From assembly GCF_009914755.1 (NCBI RefSeq), contig NC_060932.1: a stretch of DNA of 64,000 nucleotides; one strand, 5' to 3'. Positions 1 through 18,390 of the stretch are shown here, piece after piece. Origin of the DNA: the human T2T-CHM13v2.0 reference genome, Homo sapiens. Numbering within the stretch: the first letter of the stretch is position 1; every line of letters begins with the position of its first letter. The notes below the pieces were generated by a model, which did no database searches, was not told the DNA's origin, and saw only the letters and a list, made by a program, of their open reading frames with translations. Made by a program: the position numbers and the translations under genes.

Positions 1-1207
<1,207 letters not shown>

Positions 1208-1221
1208 CTATTCTGTGTATT

Positions 1222-1540
<319 letters not shown>

Positions 1541-1709
1541 ATTCTCTTGAAATGGTCTGTCTATTCATATATCATGCCACAATATTTTTATTATCTAGGT
1601 TTTATAGAACATATTAATATCTGATAGAGCTAGTGCTCCCTCATTGCCTGTCTCTTTCTGAACTTTCTTGATCTTTTTAAACAAATAAATTCTTTAACAT
1701 AAATTTTAT

Positions 1710-1981
1710 GGCCAGGAGCGGTGGCTCACACCAGTAATCCCAGCACTTTGGGAGGCCGAGGCGGGTGATCAGTTGAGGTCAGGAGTTTGAGACCAGCCTG
1801 GCCAACGTGGTGAAACACCGTCTCTACTAAAAATACAAAAATTAGCTGGGTGTGATAGTGTGGACCTGAAATCCCAGCTACTCAGGAGGCTGACGCAGGA
1901 GGCAGAGGTTGCGTGAGCCGAGATCGCACTGCTGCACTCCAGCCTGGGCGACAGAGTGAGACCCCGTCTCAAAAAAAAAAA
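1710..1981 (+). mobile_element. Alu (S-like, small internal deletions)
   Basis: ggccaggagcggtggctcacacc ... gtctcaaaaaaaa. Confidence 0.92.
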
Positions 1982-1999
1982 TTTACAGTCAGCTTGTCT

Positions 2000-5413
<3,414 letters not shown>

Positions 5414-6140
5414 TAATACTTATCTTTGCACTGTTAAGTATGCCTTTACCTCTGACTTGATGTGTATGTCAAAGAGCATACTTTGACTCTTAGCTGCTAC
5501 AGAGGGAGCAGTCATGCACCTGTTCTACCTCTCACCAGGGTGGTTTTCCAACAACTCAGACTTCTTTCATCTGTTTGTTTCCTTCCAATATGGCATTTCT
5601 GTGGATTTCTTCATGCAGCCACAACCTTCTTTCTCTCCAAAGCAAACCGGGCCCAGAAGGCTTCTGTGCCTGTCCAGTATTCCCTGCCCTGTCCCCAGGG
5701 TGACCCCCTCCTGTCCAGCAGCTGAATTTTGCTGCCAATTTCTGAGCTCTGCATGGCTGGATCCTCCGTAACACCTGCTCTTCCTTCTTTTTCTACCAAC
5801 TCCTCTAACCTCAGCACTGTTTGATCTCATTCCTGTTCTCTGATTTCTTCCCCAACATTTGCACTTCCTAGTGGGCTCCTGTTCTCCAGGGCCCCTAATT
5901 TTGCAGGTCTCTCTGGGATCTGTCACTGCTGGGTCCCTTGGTCCCCACCCCCTTGCCCTGACGCCAGCCACCCCTTATCCTTTCTGCTCTCTTTCCTTAA
6001 GGCTCCATTCAATCTTTAGTTATCACATTTTAGAGTTTGTTTTCTCTACCCCAGATTCACTGATTATGGAGCCTACAGTGTTTATTCCCCCTTCTTCATC
6101 TTGTCATTCTATGTGGTCTCCAGGTGAAGGGAAGATACTA

Positions 6141-6460
<320 letters not shown>

Positions 6461-7812
6461 TCAGAGAAGGGAATTCTTTATCGGTATAGGTGGTTTGTTC
6501 CCCCAACTACCTGGACAGAGTTAGCAGCACTCTGTCAGTGTTTTACATGGCCACAGACAGCTCCCTTTTGCTTTTCTGAAGAACAGTTTCAAACCATGTT
6601 CTCACTCTGTAGACTCCCCTACCCTCAACCACTCTTAACAGAAAAAAAATAGAAGTTCACAGATGTGTGCTTCCCCAGTCCCCTTTTTCCTAGGGTAAAT
6701 GTGTCTATAATACCAGTGTGCCCCCACCCTTGGCTCCCATCCTGGGAAGAGATGCCCTTTCTCTCCAAGATGACAATCTCTTCCCCTAGGTACTATGCTT
6801 CATCCCTTCTACAAGTATCTAAACTTTATCAATTATCTTTGCCTCTGGTGGCTCATTTTACAAATAAAATTATTTCTTTCAACCTAAAACTAAATGATAC
6901 CAGATAAAAAATCTGAAAACATTTCTGTGTCTCTGACCCCCTTTTAAGCTTCCTGCCTCTCCCTCCTTAACAGTGCATGCACAGCCTCTGCTTCAGGGCC
7001 TTGCCATTCCCTCTGCCAGCCATTGCATCAGCCTTGCTTTCCACCATGCACAGAAACTGCTATTGCTAAAAGAAAGTCAAAGCTGTCCCAATGACAAAAT
7101 CCAATCACCTTCTCCTTTAAATCCTATGTACCAACATCCATTGTTTTGATGTCTAGAGTGGGCAATCTAGTTCTATTTGTCTGTTCTCTTCCATCCAAAT
7201 GTTAAATTTCATGATTCCTGACATCATATAATCTTTACCTTCTACTCCTACATTTTCCTCTCACATCATATAATCTTTATCTTCTACTTCTGAGTCCCAA
7301 TACCAGGTAAAAATGACCCAGTTTAGAAGTGTTTTAGCAAAATGTTTCTACTCATTGCAATGCACAAGTTAAAAATATTACAATAAGTCATTTATGATAT
7401 AATTCCTTTGAATGTAAATGTACCTCAGTGTATGACTTTTATGAGTGAAGGTCATTACAAACAAGAAGTTTTACTGGGGGGAGTAGTAGGAAAGCATTAC
7501 TTATTTTTTTAAAAGTTTTTACTGATTTGGTGTGGGAGCAACTACACCATTAATAGTTGGAATTTATGTGGTAGGTATGGGATATATATGGATTTATAGA
7601 AAATTTTGACATTTCTGCAGTGGAGTTCTATTTTGGACAAACTTTTATCAATAACAAATTTAAATAAATGAAATACTAGCAATGGAAAGCAAAGCACATG
7701 ACTATATGAATAAGATTAGTTACTAACAGTACTGAGACAACAGGTACTAGACTTGTAGCTTTGCTAATGTGTCCTAGAAAAAGCACTGGAGACTAAAGGA
7801 GTTTTTAGTAAC

Positions 7813-7818
7813 TTTATT
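7813..7818 (-). terminator. MOS: Probable MOS polyadenylation hexamer AATAAA
   Basis: tttatt on plus, about 100 nt downstream of the MOS stop; first canonical hexamer after the CDS. Confidence 0.65.
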
Positions 7819-7917
7819 TTCTAAAACTCCATCCTACAAATATGTTTTCTTCGACATCTCCACTTCCTTTAAAAACAAATAGAATCAGACAAAAACTTAT
7901 CTTGACCAGGTTTTCAG

Positions 7918-8958
7918 TCAGCCGAGTTCAGCTTTCAAAGAGGTGAGATCCACCAAAAGCAGCCGCGCGCTCGGCCTCTGCGCCGCGCTGGGTCTCCAGC
8001 AGCGCTGGATGACGTCCCCAAGGCGCTGCCCGGGGAGCGAGTCCTCGAAGACGGCAGCGGAGAGGGACGGGCGCAGGTCGTAGGCCACCACCGCGTACAG
8101 TATGTGCTGCCGCTCCCCCGAATACGGCGCCTGCTTGGTAGTCATTTGCCAGAGAGTGATGGCAAAGGAATAAATGTCGGCTTTAGGCGTCACGCCCTCT
8201 CCTTTCAGGAGCTCCGGGGCGCGGTGGGTGTATGTGCCTCCTAGAGGGTAAGAGGGTGTCTGGAAGCACAGCAGATCTTCCAACTTCTCAGAGCAACCGA
8301 AGTCACTAATTTTACAGACATCCTGCTCACTGATCAAGATGTTCGCGGGCTTCAGGTCCAAGTGCACAATGCTTTGCGAGTGGAGGAAGAGCAGGCCGTT
8401 CACAACATCTAGTGAGTACTTGAGACACTTTCCCAAACTTAACTGTCCTCCAGTGCGGCAGTGAGGCTCCCCTGCGTCCCCCTCAGGGTGGCCGGCGGCG
8501 CCATAGATGACTTGGTGTAAAGTGACGTTGCCACCGAACTCCATGATGATGGTCCCTAGGCTATTGGACCCTGCGGGCGTGCGCGTGCTGGCAGCCACCA
8601 CGCGCACGATGTTATCGTGGCGCAGCCTTGCTACGTTGAGCTCAGACCAGAAACTCCGCCGAGATGCTAGTCGGTTCTTGGTGCACTTGTTCACTTGCTT
8701 TATGGCCACAGGAACACCGCGGTAAGTCGCCTTGTACACCGAGCCAAACCCTCCAGCTCCCAGCCTCTGCAGCAAGCACACCTGCTCCCAGTCAATGGAG
8801 CACCAGGCCAGCCGGCGCGGCAGCCGCGGGGCCCGAGGAAGAGTGGCCCCCAGAAGCAGCTTCGCAGGTAGCTCTGAGGGACTGCTGCAGGGCCGCGCGT
8901 CCACCGATGGGGAAAACTCGCTCCGGAGGTAGGGGCGTAGGGCCAGGGGCGAGGGCAT
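7918..8958 (-). CDS. MOS: Proto-oncogene serine/threonine kinase Mos (MAP3K, cytostatic factor), 346 aa, intronless
   Basis: ATG at 8958 gives [11 protein letters not shown]...KAELG; G-loop [14 protein letters not shown]87, alphaC E106, [14 protein letters not shown]; N-terminal Pro2-Ser3 typical of Mos. The CDS is CpG-rich. Confidence 0.99.
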   Translation of the reverse strand: MPSPLALRPYLRSEFSPSVDARPCSSPSELPAKLLLGATLPRAPRLPRRLAWCSIDWEQVCLLQRLGAGGFGSVYKATYRGVPVAIKQVNKCTKNRLASRRSFWSELNVARLRHDNIVRVVAASTRTPAGSNSLGTIIMEFGGNVTLHQVIYGAAGHPEGDAGEPHCRTGGQLSLGKCLKYSLDVVNGLLFLHSQSIVHLDLKPANILISEQDVCKISDFGCSEKLEDLLCFQTPSYPLGGTYTHRAPELLKGEGVTPKADIYSFAITLWQMTTKQAPYSGERQHILYAVVAYDLRPSLSAAVFEDSLPGQRLGDVIQRCWRPSAAQRPSARLLLVDLTSLKAELG

Positions 8959-9500
8959 CGCACTTTGCAGGGGGACACCAGGGCCGCTGGAGTGAATGAA
9001 GAGACTAGGGGAAACCGCGGGACTTTGGAAACATGACTGACTACTCCTTCGCTCCACCTCATCCCTTTTCTCCTTTTCCTTCACTTGTTCCAAATGAGCT
9101 ACATCTGTGCTGTCACTCAGCAAGAGTTTTTATCAGATGGAGGGAGAAACCGGAATGAAGCACAGCTATCCCTTTCAGATGAAAGCATTTCCCTTCCACA
9201 CTTGAAGTGAATTCTTATAAAAACAAGCTCATGCCAGACAAACAGCATGGAGCTGCCTCAGAACTCACCCCTCTTTTACATTATTTCTTAAATTATAATA
9301 AAATACGTTTTTTTCAAGTCTCATCCGCTGCACATTATCAGTCCTCAGACTAAAGAGACCACAAAGCACAATGAAATTGTTTCACACTTTGCAGGCTGTA
9401 ATGATTGTTAGTGTCATTCTCCAGCTGCATTAAATCACTTCCAGCAGGTATTGGCTAAGAGTTAAAATGCAAACAGCAGACATTTGTTTAACCAATTACA
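8959..9500 (-). promoter_or_regulatory. MOS: MOS 5' leader / proximal promoter region with upstream AUGs and an E-box cluster
   Basis: Repeat-free unique sequence; uAUGs at 9034, 9062, 9104; six CANNTG motifs in 9082-9204. The TSS cannot be determined from sequence. Confidence 0.55.
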
Positions 9501-10016
9501 GGGAAAAACTAGGTGCAACATTCATATGGATAAAAAATTGCAACCTTAATCAATCCAAATAGAATCACTGATACAGGTCATAACACACACCTAAATTCAT
9601 CAGTGGAAAGGAGAATCCCCTGACACTCTATGCAGCTTACACAGCAAATTAGCAAGACATCTTAGCAACATACTGACTTCCTAACAATCCTTCCCTTCCA
9701 AGGCGATTTGGCCCAACCGGTCAGCTCACTTGCAAGAGAGATTCTAGACTTCGTAGCAAATGAGTTACCGAAGTTTTGAACCAGAGTTGGGGGAGACAAA
9801 AGAATAGAAATGATTCAGAGCTGTGATCAGGGCTTCAAATAATAACACATATGGGAGAATTGTAGAAGAGGAAAAATCTGAAGAAATAAAAATGGCACAA
9901 AATCACTGGTACCTACATATAATGTAGAAAACCAGAAGTTGGAATGAAATTCAGGGTATTGGCCATCAGACAATAAGATCTTTCTTTCTGATTTTTATAA
10001 TGAAAATTAATTTTCT

Positions 10017-10286
10017 ACCAAGTGCAGTGAGTTATGCCTATAATACCAGTGCTTTGGGAGGCTAAGGTGGAAGGGCCACTTGAGGCCAAGAATTTGAGAC
10101 CTGCCTCTACAAAAAATAATAATAAAGTTAGCTGAGTGTGGTGGTGCACTCCTATAGTCCTAGCTACTTTGGAGGCTGGGGCGGGAGGAGACTTGAACTG
10201 AGGAGTTTGAGGCTATAGTGAGCTATGATCATGCCACTGCACACCAGGCTGGATGATGGAGCAAGATCCTGACTCTAAGCAAAAAA
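10017..10286 (+). mobile_element. Alu (J-like, diverged)
   Basis: Alu match; flanked by aaaattaattt..tacca direct repeat. Confidence 0.88.
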
Positions 10287-10625
10287 TTAATTTCATACCA
10301 TATCTTTGGAAAAAGGACCAATAATATTACCATATTCATGAGAAAACACACACACACAAAAGTGTTAGGATCTATATTTTAAAAAATCAAATGGTAAAGT
10401 TCCCTTCTTCTAAAGCACTTATGTGTTAGGTTATGTGTAACCACATTTTAATGATAGCAGTTCTGTTTTTGAAGTATATTGACTTTGAGAAGGTAAATTA
10501 ATAAACATGAACCATTTACAGAAGCAATTTGAGGTCTGTGAAGCCCTGGAATAGGATTTCTATTCTATACAACCTGTGTGGCTTAGTATGTGATCTAGTG
10601 TGTGTATAATATTTAACCTGCTTGA

Positions 10626-11079
<454 letters not shown>

Positions 11080-11479
11080 TAGTTAGGATTATAATTCAGG
11101 GCTCTGAAATGGTTATATAATAGGAGTGCTGTGAATATTAGCAGAATGAGAGTGCCTTAACCCCCTAGATATTACACATAATGCAAGATAATGTGACTTA
11201 TTATATAATCTTTATTTTTAAGATAATTGCATACACAATTCATTTTCAAAGTTGGTTTTACTCTTTACCCAAAACATAAGATATTAGTGAAAATGTGGCA
11301 TTCTGTGTATTTATAAACCCCAAGTTCATTAGATCTATCATCTGCCAATCTGCCCAAGAATATTTAATTGAATATCCAATTTACAACAGCCTTTGTTTTC
11401 TTTTTTAAGGTATCTTAAAATATTTCTTTTACTCAGCAAATTGCACTTACCCTGAAAGCAGGATCTATCTCCCTATTGA

Positions 11480-11881
<402 letters not shown>

Positions 11882-11909
11882 TAATATTTTGGATCTCAAA
11901 AATGGGTAA

Positions 11910-12085
11910 AGCTTTAGCATGGTGGTAAAAGGCTATTAGGGGCCAGATGGCCTGGGTTTCTTACCATCCCAGTGCCTGTTTCCTTATCTGCAAAATGAGG
12001 AAAATATGCCCATCTCAGGATTGTTGTGAAGAGTAACAGAGTTTCAAATACTTAGATCAGGGCCTCAATGCTAATTATTATTTAT
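11910..12085 (+). mobile_element. MIR SINE fragment
   Basis: cctgtttccttatctgcaaaatgagg ... ctcaggattgttgtgaag MIR core. Confidence 0.7.
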
Positions 12086-12599
12086 AAAACTCATTTAAAA
12101 AACCATGTGTATGGGCTTATACGAATAAGAAACATATTTGTTAGGTAGTATTGGTTTAAAAGTATCCTATCAGGGCTGAAATAACTCGTTTTCATGTTAA
12201 ACTAACATACAATTTGAGTATTTTTCTGCTCTTGAATTTTGCGGTTAAAGGTATAAAATCCTGCTGTATTACTGGTACAGCATGTAGTAAAAACGTGGGT
12301 GGAAGGTTAACACTAATCTGATCAAATGCAATATGCCTATGTCATCCCCCAAAGGCAAAGAGCAAAATGTGTTGATAACAAGGAATTCTCCTTGGAATTA
12401 TATATGAAACAAAGGAGACAAGATAAACTGCACCTCCTGAGGAGCGAAATGCTCTCGTGTTCTTAGCGCACAGGCTTTACGTGTTTTGTTCTTTGATTGG
12501 CAGCATGACTATTAAGATACTTTCGTATCAAACACCATATTTATCACAAGAGTAACAACAGATACCGGAACGGATAGCTCCTTTTAATTTGACTTTAAT

Positions 12600-13300
12600 C
12601 AGAGCCTGAGGATCGCGGATAGTGGGAGAACGTCCTCCTGACCAACGTGGTTGGCTTTCTGGGCACGCTGGGCCTGAGCCGCCCCAGCTCCCGGGGCGCG
12701 CACCGGGTTCCACGGGTACCGTGGACGGCGGGGCGCTGCGCCCTCCCTGCCTCCTGCACTTGCTGCGCTGGGGCCGAGGAGGTGGCTCTGCCTTTCTTGA
12801 TTCCCCAGTCTCTGGAAGACAAGCCGCCCTCGCCGCCTCCTGGCTACCCGTGGGCTCGCCCTCGGGCTCGCCCGCTGGTGCTTTTGTGCGTTTCCTAGTG
12901 CACGGGCTTTGGGCGCGCTGGTGCCCGGAAGCACGTGGGCGAGGCCGTCGGTCCCCGAAAGACGCTCAGAGTGCGCCCAGCCTGCCCTTCTGCGTACGCA
13001 ACAAATTTTCCTTTCTCTTTAGAGTCATCACGTCGTCTTTTGGAAGGCAGTCTTAAAAAGGCCCAGAAGCTCAACAGCAGTCTCAACAGCACATAAAACC
13101 CCACCGACGGCGGCCGCGCTTGCGCCTGCGCACTCTTGACGGCCGCCCGAGTCCTGGCAGGGGACCGCCAGGTTAAGAGATCTCGGGTGACAGCGGATTC
13201 GAGAGGTTACAGTGGATTCCAGAGGTTACAGTGCGAAGAGCGCGAGTATTGCAACCGTGCAAGTGTGGTATTGCTGGTTACAACCGTGGATTTCATCGTC
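12600..13300. promoter_or_regulatory. CpG island with promoter-type motifs, about 4 kb upstream of MOS
   Basis: High GC and CpG density in an AT-rich background; CCGGAAG (ETS) 12925-12931, CACGTG 12932-12937, TGCGCCTGCGCA (NRF1) 13121-13132. Confidence 0.8.
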
Positions 13301-13969
13301 GAAATTTCACTTTTGCCTTTTTTAAGACTAAAAAGTTAAGCTGTAGATGAATATATACGCTTTACTAAAAATTCCCATACAAAGATTATAGACTCAAACT
13401 TGAAAAACATATCAATTTTTTTTTACTTCAGTGGGATTATACTATTGACATTCTAAAATTTGAATTTTATACTTAGCAATATAACATAGACTTGTTTCTA
13501 TGTCAGTAAAGTACATATACAGCTACTTTAATTTTTATATGGTCCATATAATATGGTCGGGGCAGATCTTAGTTTGTGGATTGCATGGAGCACGTCCCTG
13601 GATGTGACCAGCGCACACTATCTGTTTCCATGCGGGGAGGTTGGGGTTGGTTGCTTCCACTTTGCCCTGATCGCTTGGGTTTTGTATTTTGACTCTGGAG
13701 ATACGTAAATAAAATTTTACTTGTCTAAATACAGCTAAACTTCACAAAAGGTTTTAAGACATACAAATGTGTTTCAAACTGGTTTTGGAAACCTTTGAAT
13801 TTAATGATATCTTGCAATTTTCTCATGTTTTTAAGAACATAAAATGCTTATAGATATTTGAAATTTTGAAATTTGATCTGATTAAAATGCGGCTGTCTTG
13901 AATGATTTTGTCCAATTTATGATCACATACTGGCATCTTCCCTCAAGCCAGACTATGTTTGCTTGCTTG

Positions 13970-14146
13970 TTTTTGTTTTGTTTTGTTTGTTTTTTGAGAC
14001 AGCGTCTCACACTCTGTCTTCTAGGCTGGAGTGGAGTGGCGCGATCACAGTTCACTACAGCCTCCACCTCCCTGTGCTCAAGCTTTCCTCCCACTTCGGC
14101 CTCCCAAAGTGCTGAGATTACAGGCATGAGCTACCACTCCCCGCCT
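13970..14146 (-). mobile_element. Alu monomer (FLAM/FRAM-like or deleted AluJ)
   Basis: Single-arm reverse Alu with (GTTTT)n tail. Confidence 0.8.
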
Positions 14147-15665
14147 CAGAAAATGCTTTCTAACTTTGTATTTAATATTTACTAAATTCTGTATTTTTCA
14201 CTGATAAATGTGTCAAAATAATAGGATGTTTGAATAAAGGATCCAAAAGTAATATACTCTATTCAATTCACCATCTTTACTCAATTTTAAGCAAAATTTT
14301 CTCATGCGTATCATTATGGACTCGTGGCCTCTCATAGATTCAATGTGATTTAATCAACTGCAATAATTATTATTTTTGCTGCTCAAATTGACACACTTTG
14401 GCCAATGGGGGGCCCTGTTGTGTTCTTTTGACACAGTCCCATTACTATGAATTATTTCTTGCCTCTTGGTACATACAGCAAGTTGCCTCAGGCTCATAAT
14501 GGCTCCTGGAATCAGTCATTTCTCCAGGGTATCCTGGAAAGATGCCATAATCTCAGCATTAAGTGCACACATTAGGTTCATTCTCCTAAGCCCTTGTTAT
14601 TAGTTCATTTTAGCTGACAGAATTGGAAAACATATACTCTTTTTTCTTTTAAAAAGCATGGATTTCTATTGATATTTCTAATTCAGTTCTGACAGTATGA
14701 TTCCCAATTAAAGCATTTAAATTTTATTATTTTCCTTCTCTTTCCTTATACTTGAAAGCTTGATTCCAAACAAAATTAATCTAATTACTAATTTATCTGA
14801 TAAAATTATTAAATAAAATTTAAGATTTCTTTGCAGTTGTTTTTATCCTTATACTGTATGCCACTAAGATGTGTAATCAAATTATTTTCTTGTAGAGTCA
14901 CTCCTCATAGCTCATTCTGTGTGGCTTTGTCTTATATAAACCATGTATGATTAATTTGTTTTCAGTTCTGGGAGGTTGTCAGTATAACTAGCTGGCAGTT
15001 TTCCTAGAAGGTGGCAGTTTTCAGCCAAGAGGTTTTTTTCTTTTGTGATAATAAACCTTTGAGTATGGTAGAAAACTGTTCTCAGAGTCTACCTTATGAG
15101 ATGTGGGTGAAGGGAAAATCAAGCAAACGAATTTCCCCAGTTATGTATGAAAATTTCATTTAGCCATTATCTGATCCTTACGTAGTGACCAGGTGCAACA
15201 TTACACACAGAAGGTTCATATGCACAAGTTCTGGATGGCACCCAATTCTATCTTCTACTATTCAATTTCTGGCAATGTTAGAACCCACACAGCTTCATGT
15301 ATTTCATTACAATTTAATTTAGTAAATAGTAATGATATTAAAGCCTTTAAAATTTATTCTCTCTCTTCTTTGAGCTTCCTTTTATAATATATAACATTTC
15401 CTACCAACATATTATTATATTATACCAAAGTTTACAATGCATAAATCCAAGTGATTCTCTAAGCTGATTTTATCATAACCTAGTCCCCAGATCTTTAATT
15501 TTCCTTTTTCTCTAGTTTCTCTTTATGTATATAGAATGTATCTTCTTAATGCCTCTTAGTCGACCAAGATTTTTTTTTGAAATACAAACAATTCCTTTCT
15601 CTCCTGGCCTTCTGCAGCCTAGACTTATCTGAAAAGAGACTTAACTTTATTTTCAGCCATTCTGA

Positions 15666-16024
<359 letters not shown>

Positions 16025-18044
16025 TAATTATTTCTAGGATGTGCCTTCTTAATGGCTTGAGGATTGCAGTGCTAATGGTTTGAGGCTGAATTTTTCTTTG
16101 TTCTTTTTAATTTTTTTATTTTTTTAATACTTTACAATACACCATGGCAGGTACCATCTGCCTGATAGGTGTGAGGAAAGATGGCTGCCAGCCCGCTGTC
16201 TAAAACCCCAGGCAGGGCATGTTCCTAATCTGGGCACCGATTGCCCCCACCAGTGAATCAAGACCAGCAGATTCTCTGCAAGTGCCCTAGCACACCGGGA
16301 CACTCGGAATGTGACTTGAATCTTGGTGAGGCTGAATTTTATATGCGATTAAGAGGCACTTTATAGCAAAGCTCTGGGCATCTCCGGTTGGCATCTTTGA
16401 AAATGGAACATCAGGACACTTGTTGGAACTCTACTCAAGGCGATTTTGGGTGACTCTGGGGGCAGAGAAGGAGGAGGAAGTCAATTATTCGGTCTTTAGC
16501 TGTTGTGAGATGGGAGGCGGGGTGTGGTCTTAGTGGGTCACACTTGAACAGGAAATTGACAGGACTTCCCAGTGGTTCTCTCAACATCTTTAGTGAGGTT
16601 TTGGTTACTTTCTTGGCAACTTGTGTCAGAACCTAATCTTTCCATGTATACATGAAACAATCTAGTTGGCATGGTGACTTCCCTGGTCCTCCTTTAAATG
16701 CTGCAGGATACCATAGTTCCAGGACCCATAAAGGCGAAATTAAAATTTGGGGTCACCCCTGGTGCGCCTATTGCAGATTTAAAAGACCATGCACTATAAT
16801 GGTCCGTTACAAACTGAGGAAGGCTGGAAGTGCCCTGCTGACATTTAGACATGGTGGTGCCCATGGCGAGTCGATCTGGGCTAAGGAGGAAAGCAGGATA
16901 TCCTCTTATTGGATGTTATAGGAAAGATATAAGGGAGGGGGTGTGAAACCAAGGCTAGACAAAAAGATTTAATTTTTGATACCTACCCAAGACCAGAGGG
17001 TGCTGAGCTAGAGTTGAGTCTAAACATGGTAACCCAGGATAGCAAAGGCAGGTGAGGAGGTGAAGTCCACAGGAAGACAAGAGGCTCACCAAAGACTGGA
17101 GGCTCGTCCGCAGCCTCCTTTGCTGAGCTCAGGTTCCCTACTACTACAAATTCTCATGGAAATGAGGATTATAGTTTCAAACTTTAAATTAAGACTCTGT
17201 CACATCCTAATCTGTACACAGGAAGAGGAGATAGAGAAGCACGGACACACCAGTGGCTCAACTCCCCAGCCTTCTTAGAATCTTAAGTTTTGTTTGCTCT
17301 GTTGATATTTTTGTGTGTGTATGTAATAAATATGAGAAATTAATTTAATGACTTTCATAACCCATTTACTGAGTAACCCAGAATATAACTGAGAGTCGCT
17401 TTTCTCTGTGCAGGAGATCCCTGGGAAGCAGTGAAGTATGTGGGGAGGGGCACCTGCCTCAAGCGGGGCTGCAGGGCTTCTGGGAGTGGGGAGTGGGATA
17501 ATCATCATGCAAAATCCTTGCTCCTCCACTCAGACCAGTGGATACTTACTAAATATTCCCGTTATTCACAGTAACATTTGCTTTAGGCTTTTGTATTTAT
17601 TAGCTCACCACAGTGTAATTCTTAACAATCCATGGAATGGTCAGCGGGAGGCTGACTTGAGGTTTATATATCCCAATTATCATTGACACTTATTTTCAGA
17701 AAAAGTGAGTTGCCAGTTACCAAAACAGAATGGCTCGGTCCCTTCCACCATTGAATATTGATGCAGCTCTTGCCCATTGACTATGTCCTATTATATAACC
17801 AGATGTTATAATAACTTGAGTCCATATTGGTCCTCACATTGGGCCCAACCCAAGCATGGTGGGGAAAGGGCAGTAATTTGCCCCAGATGGCCCCACAGGA
17901 GACAGCAGACATATTGCAGCTAGTGTCATTTTTTCCACCAAAAGGATCAGTGTTGAGTTCGTGTATTGAGCAACCTTGTCGATCCAGGTGAAGTAGGACT
18001 GCAACTCCAGATTTTAACAGCAGCCAGTGTCAGAAGAAGTAGGG

Positions 18045-18390
<346 letters not shown>

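Noticed and set aside
7918-8958. Intronless kinase as a processed pseudogene
   Set aside because: All catalytic motifs are intact, no poly(A) remnant or TSD is visible, and MOS is a known single-exon gene
7918-9123. 401-aa ORF-track call for MOS starting at TTG 9123
   Set aside because: The canonical protein starts at ATG 8958 (MPSP); the extension is reported only as a hypothesis
12528-13339. Protein-coding gene in the upstream CpG island
   Set aside because: Short ORFs occur in several frames on both strands with Arg/Pro/Gly/Ala-rich composition, as expected from GC content
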